A stretch of DNA of 64,000 bases from Bacteroidales bacterium (lineage in GTDB: Bacteria > Bacteroidota > Bacteroidia > Bacteroidales > VadinHA17), in contig JAFGXX010000061.1 of the NCBI GenBank assembly GCA_016936435.1, positions 2,841 through 66,840 on the forward strand. Direction: 5' to 3'. A program made the translations under genes and the position numbers. Of the stretch, positions 16,002 to 26,159 are shown in pieces. The notes under the pieces were generated by a model. It saw only the letters and a program-made list of their open reading frames with translations, did not search any database and had not been told where the DNA came from. Position 1 is the first letter of the stretch. Each line of letters starts with the position of its first letter.

Positions 16002-18728
16002 TTATTTTCCGTGCCTGATAGCAGCCTGTGCTGCTGCAAGTCGTGCTATCGGAACCCTGAAAGGAGAACAGCTGACATAAGTCAGCCCGTTTTTGAAGCA
16101 GAATTCCACTGATGCGGGATCTCCACCCTGTTCGCCGCAGATACCTATTTTCAGATCAGGTCTTGTGGCTCTTCCTTTCTGGACCGACATAGTAATAAGC
16201 TGTCCGACACCATCCTGGTCGATAGTCTGGAAGGGGTCGGCAGCAAGCATTTTCTTGTCGAGGTAATCATGCAGGAAACCTCCTATGTCGTCGCGGCTGA
16301 ACCCGAAGGTCATCTGCGTGAGGTCGTTGGTTCCGAATGAGAAGAACTCGGCTGTTTTTGCCATGCGATCAGCGAGAAGAGTGGCTCTCGGGATCTCGAT
16401 CATGGTACCGTATTTATAATCTATTTTGTCGACGCCGAACTTTGTACATACTTCTGCATATACCTTATCGACTATTTTTTTGGTGATATCGAGTTCGGAC
16501 ACATCACATGTCACAGGTACCATCAGTTCGGGATGGGGAGTCTTTCCTTCCTTAATGAGTTCCATGGTAGCCTCGAACATTGCTCTTACCTGCATTTCCG
16601 TAACTTCGGGATAGGTTATCCCAAGCCTTACACCACGGTGTCCCATCATCGGGTTCGATTCGTGGAGCGCTTCACCGCGTTTTGCAACATCTTCTTTCCT
16701 GATGCCGAGTGCCTGAGCCAGCTCTTCCTGTTTTTCGGCGCTCTGCGGAACGAATTCATGAAGAGGCGGGTCGAGGAGCCTGAAAGTCACAGGCAGTCCG
16801 TCCATTGCTTCCAGAGTCGATTTCATATCCTTTTTAACGAATGCAAAAAGATCGTTAAGGGCATTTCTGCGTTCAGCTTCATTAGCACTGAGTATCATTT
16901 TGCGGAGAAGGAAGAGCGGCTGTTCCGAGCCCTTTCCGTAGAACATATGTTCTGTACGGAAAAGACCGATACCTTCAGCTCCGTAATCGCGTGCCACTCT
17001 TGCATCATCGGGGGTGTCGGCATTTGTACGTACTCCCATGGTCCGGAATTTGTCGACCAGAGTCATGTATTCCTTGAACCTGGGATTTTCCGATGCATCC
17101 ATAAGAGGAATGGCTCCGGAATAAACATTTCCTTTTGTTCCGTTGAGAGTGAGGGTGTCACCTTCCTTTATTACTGTATCGGTACCTGCAATCTTTGCTG
17201 TTTTTGAAGCTGCGTCGACATGTATGCCACCGGCACCGACGATACAGCATTTTCCCCAGCCGCGTGCAACAAGTGCTGCATGTGATGTCATACCTCCGCG
17301 TGCTGTAAGTATACCTTCAGCTGCACGCATGCCTTCAACATCTTCAGGGTTCGTTTCTTCACGAAGGAGTATCACCTTCTCGCCTTTGCGGTTCCATGCT
17401 ACAGCATCTTCTGCTGTGAATACAACTTTTCCGACAGCTGCTCCCGGTCCGGCAGGCAGACCTTTAACAAGAGGGTTGACTTTTTTCTCTTCATCAGGGT
17501 CGCATATCGGGTGAAGCAGTTCATCGAGCTGTACAGGGTCGACCCTGAGAACAGCGGTTTTTTCATCAATAAGTTTTTCGTGAAGCATGTCCATTGCCAT
17601 GTTAAGGGCTGCTGTTCCTGTTCTCTTGCCTGCACGGCACTGAAGCATGTAGAGCACACCTTCCTGGATGGTGAACTCGATATCGAGCATGTCGTGGAAA
17701 GATTTTTCGAGTATCTCCCTGATGTCACATAATTCCGTGTATGTACCGGCCATAGCTTCTTCCATGCTTGGCAGATGCTTATTCTGTTCGTTCTTTGTCT
17801 CATTATTAAGAGGGCTTGGCGTGCGTATGCCTGCAACTACGTCTTCACCCTGTGCATTTACAAGCCATTCTCCGTAGAAGAGATTGTCTCCTGTGGCCGG
17901 GTTACGGGTAAAAGCCACGCCGGTGGCGGATGTGTCGCCCATATTTCCGAAAACCATGGCCTGGACGTTTACCGCAGTACCCCATTCGTCGGGAATACCT
18001 TCAATACGTCTGTAGGACACAGCTTTCTTGCCGTTCCAGCTCTTGAAGACAGCCTTGATACTTCCCTCAAGCTGTTCCTTTGCATCGTCGGGGAAAGGTT
18101 TGCCAAGGACTTCTTTAACCTTTGTCTTGAATTCCTCTGACAGAAGTTTAAGCTCATCGGCAGTTATATCGGTATCTGATTTATAACCTTTGCTGTGTTT
18201 AAATTTATCAAGCATTTCGTCAAGCTGCTTGCGTATACCTTTTCCTTCTCCCAGGTCTATTCCTTCAGCTTTTTCCATAACCACATCGGCATACATCATG
18301 ATGAGCCTGCGATATGAATCCCATACAAAACGCGGGTTGCCGGTTTTTTTGAGGAAACCCGGTATCGTGGCACTGCACAGACCAATGTTGAGAACAGTGT
18401 CCATCATACCCGGCATAGACTTGCGTGCTCCGGAACGGCATGAAACGAGAAGAGCATTTTCAGGATCGCCGTACTTCATATTCATTATTTCTTCCGTCTT
18501 CTTCATGGCGTTCCATACTTCGGGCATGAGATCGGGATGAAGAGTATGGTTGTTTTCATAATATTCCGTGCAGGCTTCTGTCGTAATGGTAAAACCTGCA
18601 GGTACGGGTAGTCCGAGAAGACACATTTCAGCAAGGTTGGCACCTTTGCCTCCGAGAAGATTCTTCATGTCGGTCCTGCCGTCAGCAGTCTTGTTTCCAA
18701 AGGAATAAACTCTTTTGATTGTTGACAT
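16002..18728 (-). CDS. ppdK: Pyruvate, phosphate dikinase
   Basis: 908 aa with 'LLGGKGANLAEM', the phospho-His region 'TARGGMTSHAALVARGWGK' and a C-terminal PEP-utilising domain 'GICGEQGGDP'. Confidence 0.95.
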   Translation of the reverse strand: MSTIKRVYSFGNKTADGRTDMKNLLGGKGANLAEMCLLGLPVPAGFTITTEACTEYYENNHTLHPDLMPEVWNAMKKTEEIMNMKYGDPENALLVSCRSGARKSMPGMMDTVLNIGLCSATIPGFLKKTGNPRFVWDSYRRLIMMYADVVMEKAEGIDLGEGKGIRKQLDEMLDKFKHSKGYKSDTDITADELKLLSEEFKTKVKEVLGKPFPDDAKEQLEGSIKAVFKSWNGKKAVSYRRIEGIPDEWGTAVNVQAMVFGNMGDTSATGVAFTRNPATGDNLFYGEWLVNAQGEDVVAGIRTPSPLNNETKNEQNKHLPSMEEAMAGTYTELCDIREILEKSFHDMLDIEFTIQEGVLYMLQCRAGKRTGTAALNMAMDMLHEKLIDEKTAVLRVDPVQLDELLHPICDPDEEKKVNPLVKGLPAGPGAAVGKVVFTAEDAVAWNRKGEKVILLREETNPEDVEGMRAAEGILTARGGMTSHAALVARGWGKCCIVGAGGIHVDAASKTAKIAGTDTVIKEGDTLTLNGTKGNVYSGAIPLMDASENPRFKEYMTLVDKFRTMGVRTNADTPDDARVARDYGAEGIGLFRTEHMFYGKGSEQPLFLLRKMILSANEAERRNALNDLFAFVKKDMKSTLEAMDGLPVTFRLLDPPLHEFVPQSAEKQEELAQALGIRKEDVAKRGEALHESNPMMGHRGVRLGITYPEVTEMQVRAMFEATMELIKEGKTPHPELMVPVTCDVSELDITKKIVDKVYAEVCTKFGVDKIDYKYGTMIEIPRATLLADRMAKTAEFFSFGTNDLTQMTFGFSRDDIGGFLHDYLDKKMLAADPFQTIDQDGVGQLITMSVQKGRATRPDLKIGICGEQGGDPASVEFCFKNGLTYVSCSPFRVPIARLAAAQAAIRHGK

Positions 18729-18773
18729 AATGTTATTGTTTAGATAATTAATTATTTATTTTTTAACAGGTCG

Positions 18774-18781
18774 CAAAGTTA
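18774..18781 (-). promoter_or_regulatory. Candidate -7 box (TAACTTTG) for ppdK
   Basis: Exact TAnnTTTG match on the minus strand, about 46 nt upstream of the ATG at 18728. Confidence 0.45.
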
Positions 18782-18823
18782 ATATTAAAAATTGATTTCT
18801 GAAAGAGTGAAAAGCATCCTGTG

Positions 18824-19720
18824 TCATGCACGGGGATGGAACATGATAAGGTTATCACGAAGGTATGTCCGGTCGATATGAGTGTATATTTCCGTCGTCA
18901 GTATCGACTCATGGCCGAGCATCTCCTGTACGGCCCTGAGATCGGCGCCTCCTTCGATAAGGTGTGTGGCAAAGGAGTGTCGGAAGGTATGCGGACTAAT
19001 TTTCTTTTTTATCCCTGCCCTGGCGGCCAGGTCCCTTACAATGGTGAATATCATCGCACGCGTGAGCCTTTTGCCTCTGCGGTTGAGGAACATTATGTTT
19101 GTGTCGTAAATTTGCGGTAAACGATTCCTGTAATGCCTGTAATTATCAATCTCCTTCAGCGCCTTATCGCTTATCGGGACAAGCCTCTGCTTGTTGCCTT
19201 TTCCTGTCACCGTCACAAATCCTTCCCCGGTATGAATGTCGGTCATCCGAAGGGTGACAAGCTCGGATACCCTTAATCCGCAACCGTACAGGGTCTCAAT
19301 AATAGCCTTGTTGCGGTGACCTTCGGGTTTACTGAGGTCAATCTGCTGTATCATGCTGTCGATCTCTTTCGTCGAAAGTACTTCGGGAAGCTTAAGTCCC
19401 AGTTTGGGCGACTCAAGCAACGATGCAGGATTAGCGGCTATCTCACCTTCAATAAGAAGGAATTTGTAAAAGGCTTTTATTCCTGATATCATCCTGGCCT
19501 GGGTACGCGGACTCTGACTTTCAGGAAGAGGTCTGGCAAGAAAGTCTCTCAGATCGGCATAGGTTACCGACAGTGGGCCGGCATCGCCTGGAAGTACCGA
19601 AAAATGTCTTTCCAGTTTCCTGACGTCGTCGCAATATGCTGAAATACTGTTCTCCGACAACGACTTTTCAAGTCTGAGATAATTCCCGAAATCCTTTATC
19701 GACTGCTTCCACGAGAGCAT
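18824..19720 (-). CDS. xerD: Tyrosine site-specific recombinase XerD
   Basis: 298 aa with an N-terminal SAM-like domain and catalytic 'GLRVSEL', 'HTFRHSFATHL' and 'LGHESILTTEIYTH'. Confidence 0.85.
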   Translation of the reverse strand: MLSWKQSIKDFGNYLRLEKSLSENSISAYCDDVRKLERHFSVLPGDAGPLSVTYADLRDFLARPLPESQSPRTQARMISGIKAFYKFLLIEGEIAANPASLLESPKLGLKLPEVLSTKEIDSMIQQIDLSKPEGHRNKAIIETLYGCGLRVSELVTLRMTDIHTGEGFVTVTGKGNKQRLVPISDKALKEIDNYRHYRNRLPQIYDTNIMFLNRRGKRLTRAMIFTIVRDLAARAGIKKKISPHTFRHSFATHLIEGGADLRAVQEMLGHESILTTEIYTHIDRTYLRDNLIMFHPRA

Positions 19721-19893
19721 AAATAACTGTTTAATCAGGATACTTTCCGTTATTGAGCGGGTGGTCCCTGGTGTTCAGATGCAGTCTGTCACCGGCAGAT
19801 AGCATAATACAAAGTAAGCAAACCTTATGCTTCCCGGGCCATCACCGATAAGTTTTTTTGTCTATTTTTACCATTTGATATAATCTGCCTGAA

Positions 19894-20319
19894 ATGAATA
19901 TCTGCATCATCAACGGACCCAATCTGAACCTGCTGGGATCAAGGGAACCTGAAAAATATGGTAATACAAGGTTTGAGGATTATCTCGATAATCTGAAAGT
20001 GTTATATCCGGAGATCAGTTTTGAATATTTCCAGTCGAATGTGGAGGGGGAACTGATAAACATGCTTCAAAAAAGCGGATTTGCTTCTGACGGTATCATT
20101 CTTAACGCTGGCGGTTATACTCATACTTCGGTTGCCATTGCCGATGCCATAGCCTCAGTCAAAGCTCCTGTTGTGGAGGTCCATATTACAAACACCGCTG
20201 CAAGGGAGCATTTCCGTCATACAAGTCTGATTGCCGCCAGCTGCAGGGGATCGATAGCCGGCTTCGGTCTCGACAGTTACAGGCTGGCAGTGGAAGCCAT
20301 AAGGGAACTTTACAGGTAA
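19894..20319 (+). CDS. aroQ: Type II 3-dehydroquinate dehydratase
   Basis: 141 aa with 'IINGPNLNLLGSREPEKYG', 'FQSNVEGELI' and 'NAGGYTHTSVAI'. Confidence 0.95.
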   Translation: MNICIINGPNLNLLGSREPEKYGNTRFEDYLDNLKVLYPEISFEYFQSNVEGELINMLQKSGFASDGIILNAGGYTHTSVAIADAIASVKAPVVEVHITNTAAREHFRHTSLIAASCRGSIAGFGLDSYRLAVEAIRELYR

Positions 20320-20331
20320 TATTTTAGATAA

Positions 20332-21768
20332 ATGATTAGAAAGAGAACAAAGATCGTTGCTACGATTTCCGACAAAAACAGTGAACCTGGTTTCATCCGG
20401 CAGTTGTATGAAGCAGGAATGGATGTGGTCCGTATCAACTCAGCACACCTCGATGTGCCTGCCGCCCTGAGGATAATTGGAAATGTACGAAGTGTATCCG
20501 ACAAAATAGCGATCCTGATCGACACCAAGGGACCCGAGATAAGGACCACCGTTTCAGATGCCCCCATCGAAGTGGTAACTGGAAATATATACAGGATGAC
20601 AGGAGATCCGGGAACAAAATCAACGCCCGAAAATATCTGTGTCTCGCTTCCTGAATTTGCTGATGCGGTACCTCTGGGATCTGTAATAATGATCGACGAC
20701 GGCGATGTGGAGCTCAGGGTGATAAGAAAGGATGGGAAATCGCTTTATTGCAGGGCTGACAGTGACGGAGTGATCGGGTCAAGAAAAAGCGTGAACATCC
20801 CGGGTGTGAAGATAGCTCTGCCATCGGTGACAGACAGGGACAAAGCCTTCCTGAAGATGGCGGCAGAGAATGAGGTTGATTTCATCGCACATTCCTTTGT
20901 AAGGTCACAACAGGATGTTCTCGATGTTCAGGCTGAGCTTGATAAATATAAAAGCGATATTAAGATAATTGCCAAGATCGAGAACCAGGAAGGCGTTGAA
21001 AACCTTGTAGAAATACTTGAAGTTGTATATGGTATCATGGTTGCAAGAGGCGATCTTGCCATTGAAATCCCCTATGAAAAGGTGCCCGGTGTCCAGAAAA
21101 TGATCATATCACGGTGTCTTTATTGCAGAAAACCCGTGATAGTGGCAACACAGATGCTCCATTCTATGATAGAGAATTCGCGTCCGACCAGGGCAGAGGT
21201 AAGCGACATCGCAAGCGCGATATATTCACACACCGACGCATTGATGCTCAGCGGTGAAACAGCCTGCGGAAAATACCCTGTCGAAGCGGTGAAGACCATG
21301 ACCAGGGTGGCACTGGAGGTTGAACGTAACAAGGAGAAATTCATTGAAACGCCTTACCTTGAGGTGACAGGGGAGATATCAGCCTACCTTGCAAAGGTGG
21401 CTGTGAAGACATCTGTAAGGGTTAGCGCCAAGGCCATCATAGCCGATACGGTTGCGGGCCGGACAATAAGGGATATGGCTTCTTACAGGGGTTATAACCT
21501 TGTTCTTGCACAATGCTACTCAGCCAGAACCATGAGAGAACTGGCTCTCTCTTATGGTGTTTACCCCAGTTACCAGGAGAAAAGAAATTCGGTCGATGAG
21601 TTCATCCATATTGCCCTGCAGAACCTTAGCAAAACCCATGATCTTAAGGCCGACGATATTGTTGTGGTACTCGCAGGCAACTTTTCGGGAAGGCTTGGAT
21701 TCTCCTTTATTGAAGTGGGTACGGTTCAATACCTGAATGACCGGATTTCAATTAAGGAAGACAGCTGA
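20332..21768 (+). CDS. pyk: Pyruvate kinase
   Basis: 478 aa with 'TKIVATI', 'DTKGPEIRT', 'MVARGDLAIEIP' and 'ATQMLHSM'. Confidence 0.95.
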   Translation: MIRKRTKIVATISDKNSEPGFIRQLYEAGMDVVRINSAHLDVPAALRIIGNVRSVSDKIAILIDTKGPEIRTTVSDAPIEVVTGNIYRMTGDPGTKSTPENICVSLPEFADAVPLGSVIMIDDGDVELRVIRKDGKSLYCRADSDGVIGSRKSVNIPGVKIALPSVTDRDKAFLKMAAENEVDFIAHSFVRSQQDVLDVQAELDKYKSDIKIIAKIENQEGVENLVEILEVVYGIMVARGDLAIEIPYEKVPGVQKMIISRCLYCRKPVIVATQMLHSMIENSRPTRAEVSDIASAIYSHTDALMLSGETACGKYPVEAVKTMTRVALEVERNKEKFIETPYLEVTGEISAYLAKVAVKTSVRVSAKAIIADTVAGRTIRDMASYRGYNLVLAQCYSARTMRELALSYGVYPSYQEKRNSVDEFIHIALQNLSKTHDLKADDIVVVLAGNFSGRLGFSFIEVGTVQYLNDRISIKEDS

Positions 21769-21815
21769 TTGGTCCGATTTTTGATAGCCTTATTAGTCCG
21801 GGAACCTGAAAGAAA

Positions 21816-22307
21816 ATGATTAAAACCCTGAGTCTTGCCATATGGCTGGTTTTTCATCCCGTTCATGTTACACTTACAAGTATTGACTACGTGAGCGGAA
21901 CAGATTCCCTGAAAGTTTTTGTAAGAATGTACTACGATGACTTTTTACTCGACTATCAGCTTTTCGACAGTAAAAATGATTCGGTAATGAATTTTTCACC
22001 CGACCGGCTTTTTCCCGCTGATCTGCTGAATAACTATATTAACGGGAAAGTTAGTATTATTGTAAACAATAATGAGCTGAAAGGGGAGTTATTAAATTCG
22101 AACCTTGCCGATAATGAATTAAGCCTGAACCTTCTCTACAGAACAAACAGAAGGCCTGAGATCATTAAGGTAAGCAACCTGATTATGACAGGTTTATACA
22201 CCGATCAGTCAAATATGATTATCGTCAGGACAGGTAATTTTGAAGAAGGTGTGAAACTTAGCACCGCAGTAACGGAACAAACCTTTATTATTGAGAGGAA
22301 GCAGTAA
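21816..22307 (+). CDS. Hypothetical small exported protein (resembles what I remember as DUF6702; unverified)
   Basis: 163-aa ORF with a hydrophobic N-terminus ending 'FHPVHVTLTSIDY'. It lies immediately upstream of the T9SS cargo gene. Confidence 0.5.
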   Translation: MIKTLSLAIWLVFHPVHVTLTSIDYVSGTDSLKVFVRMYYDDFLLDYQLFDSKNDSVMNFSPDRLFPADLLNNYINGKVSIIVNNNELKGELLNSNLADNELSLNLLYRTNRRPEIIKVSNLIMTGLYTDQSNMIIVRTGNFEEGVKLSTAVTEQTFIIERKQ

Positions 22308-22315
22308 CTGTTTGA

Positions 22316-24937
22316 TTGGAAATGAAAAAAATACTGGCAATTTGTCTGTTCATCGTGAATGCTGTAATGGTCACCGCAACTCATAACAGGGCAGGTGAGA
22401 TTACTTATAAACAGCTTTCTGCACTTACCTATGAGATAACCATTACAACATTTACCTATACCCTCAGCCTGGCCGACAGAGACCAGCTCGATGTCGACTG
22501 GGGCGACAATTCGATGTCGACAGCCCCAAGGGTCAGCAGGGTGGTACTGCCCAATTATTACCAGAGGAACATTTATGTTATTACCCATACATTTCCCGGA
22601 CCGGGCGTCTATAAAATAGTAGTTCAGGATCCCAACCGTAATTTTGGTGTTAAAAACATTCCGAATTCAGTGAATGTGGTATTTTCTATTGCTACGACAC
22701 TTACCGTGAACCCTGCAATGGGTTTCAACAACACTCCTGTTCTTCTTAATCCGCCCTATGACAAGGCAGCCCTCGGATATGTTTTTATTCATAACCCGGC
22801 AGCTTATGATCCCGACGGAGATTCCCTTTCCTACGCTCTTACAACCTGTACCCGTGAAGACGGCAAACCGATAGAGAATTACACTCTCCCGCCGGCAACA
22901 CGCTCCATCACTGTCGACCCGCTGACAGGCGACCTTATCTGGGATACCCCGGCCGACACCGGGATATACAATGTTGCCATGGAAATACAGGAATGGAGAA
23001 ACGGGAAAAAGATTGGCAGCGTGGTTCGCGACATGCAGATCGAAGTCTTTGTGACCAGCAACAAACCGCCGGTGAACGGTCCTCTTAGCAGCATATGCGT
23101 CGAAGCCGGTGAAATTGTCGATTTCACTGTCAGCGCCACCGACGAAAACAATGACAGGATTTCCCTCAGGGCTACTTCAGGGATCTTCGGTTTACAGCCA
23201 TGTCCGGCCCTTTTCAGTGGTATCGATTCGGTGCCGGGCTATTCAACTGCACGTTTTATCTGGACACCCTGTCATGAGGCTGTAAGAAACCAGCCCTATA
23301 ACATCATTTTTAAAGCCGACGATGACAATGCGGAACTTAAGCTTTCGGATATCGATAACATGACCATCAAAGTCCTGGGCCCTCCACCGGAACTCCTTTC
23401 GGCAGTTCCCGAAGGTAAGTTTATCCGTCTGACCTGGTCTCCCTACGGTACAGCTGTGATTGCAGGTTTCGCAATATACAGAAGAATAGGAGCCTCGACT
23501 TTTGATCCTGACTCATGCACCTCTGGTGTACCCGCTTCAACAGGTTTCATAAAAGCCGGTTACATAGACGGAAGCTCAACAGTGGAATTTACCGATACCA
23601 ATAACGGACTGGGCCTCGATTTCGGCGAAGAATATACATACAGGATAGTTGCTGTTTATCCCAACGGGACAGAAAGTAAGTCATCCAATGAGCTGACTTC
23701 CACTCTTATATCCGGGATTCCCGTGATCCGTAATGTGAGTGTTAGGAATACCCATCCTGAGAACGGATCTATTTACCTCGCCTGGAAAAAACCCGACAGA
23801 CTTGATACAATACCCGGAGCTGCCGGTCCTTATGAGTACCTTATCTCCAGGGCTCAGGGTGTGGCAGGCGACGACTTCAGCTTCATTACTTCGATAACGA
23901 CAACCGACCTCAACGATACTGTATTTATCGATACTCTTATCAATACACGTGACTACGGACATCTTTACAAAATAGTTCTCTGGAACCGTAGCCCGGGAAA
24001 TGAATTCGTGATCGGTGATACATCCTATGCATCTTCGACATATATAACCCTCAGCCCCGGCGACAGGAAGATGAGATTCGTTATAAGCCGTAACGTGCCG
24101 TGGATAAACACTGCCTACGATTTTTTCAGGTATAACGAAACAACATCGGAGTATGATTCCGTAGGAACTACCAACCAGCTTACATTTACAGACCCCGGAC
24201 TGGAGAACGGATTGAATTACTGTTATTATGTAAGGTCGACCGGAGGATATCAGAAAGCAGGACTGCCGGTTAACCTGATCAATTTTTCGCAGACAGCCTG
24301 CGCCGTGCCGGTCGATAATGAACCCCCCTGTGTTCCCGATATCCGTGTCACAAGCAACTGTGAAGAATTGTATAATACCGTCAGCTGGAGTTTTGCCGAT
24401 TCAACATGCCTCGACGATGTGGTGGGGTATAAAATATATTACAAACTTAAATTTGACGATTCCCCGCTCGACACAATAAAAACCATCAACGATAAATACC
24501 AGTTCAGTTACAACCATTACCCCGGTGAAATAATTGCCGGCTGTTACGGTGTCAAAGCCTTCGATGCCAACGGAAACGAAAGCCTCATGTCAACGGTGGT
24601 ATGTATCGATTCATGCCAGTTTTATGAGATCCCCAATGTGTTTACACCAAACAATGACGGAAAGAACGATAAACTTGTCGCCAGGACTTCCGGTCTCGTG
24701 GAAAAGGTTGATTTTAAGATATTTAACAGGAACGGGCTGTTGATATTCAGCACCGACCGCCCCAGGATAGAGTGGGACGGAACCTACAGAGGGGATATTG
24801 TTTCTCCGGGGGTATATTTTTACCAGTGCGACGTATTTGAAAGACGGATAACAGGACTGGAACAGTTTCACATCTCAGGTTTTGTCCACATTATAACCGA
24901 AAAAGGCATAGAGATTACACCTCAGCAAACAAAATGA
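22316..24937 (+). CDS. Large secreted adhesin-like protein with a T9SS type-B (gliding-motility-associated) C-terminal sorting domain
   Basis: 873 aa. Signal peptide followed by 'HNRAGEITY'. Cadherin-like 'DPDGDSLSY' and 'ATDENNDRISL' motifs. C-terminal 'IPNVFTPNNDGKNDKL...FKIFNRNGLLIF...WDGTYRG...GVYFY'. Confidence 0.85.
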   Translation: MEMKKILAICLFIVNAVMVTATHNRAGEITYKQLSALTYEITITTFTYTLSLADRDQLDVDWGDNSMSTAPRVSRVVLPNYYQRNIYVITHTFPGPGVYKIVVQDPNRNFGVKNIPNSVNVVFSIATTLTVNPAMGFNNTPVLLNPPYDKAALGYVFIHNPAAYDPDGDSLSYALTTCTREDGKPIENYTLPPATRSITVDPLTGDLIWDTPADTGIYNVAMEIQEWRNGKKIGSVVRDMQIEVFVTSNKPPVNGPLSSICVEAGEIVDFTVSATDENNDRISLRATSGIFGLQPCPALFSGIDSVPGYSTARFIWTPCHEAVRNQPYNIIFKADDDNAELKLSDIDNMTIKVLGPPPELLSAVPEGKFIRLTWSPYGTAVIAGFAIYRRIGASTFDPDSCTSGVPASTGFIKAGYIDGSSTVEFTDTNNGLGLDFGEEYTYRIVAVYPNGTESKSSNELTSTLISGIPVIRNVSVRNTHPENGSIYLAWKKPDRLDTIPGAAGPYEYLISRAQGVAGDDFSFITSITTTDLNDTVFIDTLINTRDYGHLYKIVLWNRSPGNEFVIGDTSYASSTYITLSPGDRKMRFVISRNVPWINTAYDFFRYNETTSEYDSVGTTNQLTFTDPGLENGLNYCYYVRSTGGYQKAGLPVNLINFSQTACAVPVDNEPPCVPDIRVTSNCEELYNTVSWSFADSTCLDDVVGYKIYYKLKFDDSPLDTIKTINDKYQFSYNHYPGEIIAGCYGVKAFDANGNESLMSTVVCIDSCQFYEIPNVFTPNNDGKNDKLVARTSGLVEKVDFKIFNRNGLLIFSTDRPRIEWDGTYRGDIVSPGVYFYQCDVFERRITGLEQFHISGFVHIITEKGIEITPQQTK

Positions 24938-26142
24938 TGATAAGAAAAGCATTATTGTCACTTACTGTTATTTTATTAACATTAACCGTTACCGGTCAAT
25001 CAGCTTATGATATTCTTCTGAAAGCGAAAGCAATGATCTCTGAAGCTAAACCTGAACAAGCTGTAACTATCCTATCCGGGTTTCCGGGCTTTGCTTCCGA
25101 CAGCCGTATGCTGAATGTGATGGGTGAGGCACAATTGTCAGCAGGAGATATCAGGGGAGCCATAGCCTCATACAACGATGCCAACAGGATAACAGCCGGA
25201 TCAGGCGAATACGGCCTGGCAAGAGTTTATGCCCGTGCAGGCGACCCGGCAACTGCCCTTTATCATCTCGAAAGAAGCATGAGATCAAAGTTCAGAAAGA
25301 GTGAAAAGGAGGTCATGCTCGACCCGGCATTTGAAAAGATAGAAAACAGACCGGAGTGGAGGCAGTTCTGGAAGACAGAATGGTACACCTTGCCCGAAAT
25401 GAAAATCCAGGAAATAGAATTTTATATTAAAGCCGGCAGGACCACAGAAGCCGGAAAACAGATGGCTGATCTCGAAAGGGATTATAGCGGGCATGAAACT
25501 GTTCTTTACGGCAGGGCACTTATAGAGATGGCTTCAGGACGTTTTTCCGATGCGGTTGCATCATTGTCGGGGCTCATTGCCACAGAGCCGGCGAACGAAA
25601 AATATCTCAGGGCTCTTGCGGAAGCTCAGACGGGAGCTTCAAATCATGCAGCTGCCTCTTCCACCTACTCAAAACTTATAGAGATGGAAGTACCCGATGC
25701 CGGATTGCTTCTGCTCCGTGCCTCAGCTTACCGCATGACTGGAGAAAGACAGAAAGCCATGGCCGATATTGAAAGATATCTTTCCATATATCCGGGCAGT
25801 AAAAAAGGACTGAGCCTTGCAGGTAAAACTGAATCCACCCTGGGCAATAACCTTAAAGCCCTGGAGTATTTCTCAGAGAATGTAAAACTTCATCCCAACG
25901 ATCCCGAATGTTATATCGACAGGGCTGACGCCTACTTCCTTTCAAGGTCATGGCAGTGGGCAATAAATGATTACAGCATGTCGCTAGACCTTCGGCCGGA
26001 TAACCCTGAAGCATGGCTTGGCAAAGGGATATCCCTGCTCAATTCGGGGAGAAAGGATGATGCCTGCCACGACTTCAGGAAAGCGTTTTCGATGGGTAAC
26101 AGGAAGGCCGTTGAGTATCTCGGGAAATATTGTATGGAATAG
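24934..26142 (+). CDS. Tetratricopeptide-repeat protein, secreted
   Basis: 402 aa with a signal peptide and multiple TPR-like A/Y/L-periodic helices. Its start overlaps the upstream stop (ATGA). Confidence 0.75.
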   Translation: MMIRKALLSLTVILLTLTVTGQSAYDILLKAKAMISEAKPEQAVTILSGFPGFASDSRMLNVMGEAQLSAGDIRGAIASYNDANRITAGSGEYGLARVYARAGDPATALYHLERSMRSKFRKSEKEVMLDPAFEKIENRPEWRQFWKTEWYTLPEMKIQEIEFYIKAGRTTEAGKQMADLERDYSGHETVLYGRALIEMASGRFSDAVASLSGLIATEPANEKYLRALAEAQTGASNHAAASSTYSKLIEMEVPDAGLLLLRASAYRMTGERQKAMADIERYLSIYPGSKKGLSLAGKTESTLGNNLKALEYFSENVKLHPNDPECYIDRADAYFLSRSWQWAINDYSMSLDLRPDNPEAWLGKGISLLNSGRKDDACHDFRKAFSMGNRKAVEYLGKYCME

Positions 26143-26159
26143 ATTATTATCTCCACAGT

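Noticed and set aside
16426-18540. Series of plus-strand ORFs (up to 224 aa, e.g. 16533-17207) inside ppdK
   Set aside because: They are antisense shadows of a very well supported 908-aa gene. They have no motifs and no independent promoter or terminator signals. The same reasoning applies to the antisense ORFs inside pckA, the hybrid kinase, mmdA, citF and other large genes.
18824-19720. Tyrosine recombinase as a possible marker of an integrated mobile element
   Set aside because: It has the size and motifs of housekeeping XerD. It sits between ppdK and aroQ with no flanking direct repeats, and no phage, conjugation or cargo genes. All neighbours are core metabolism.
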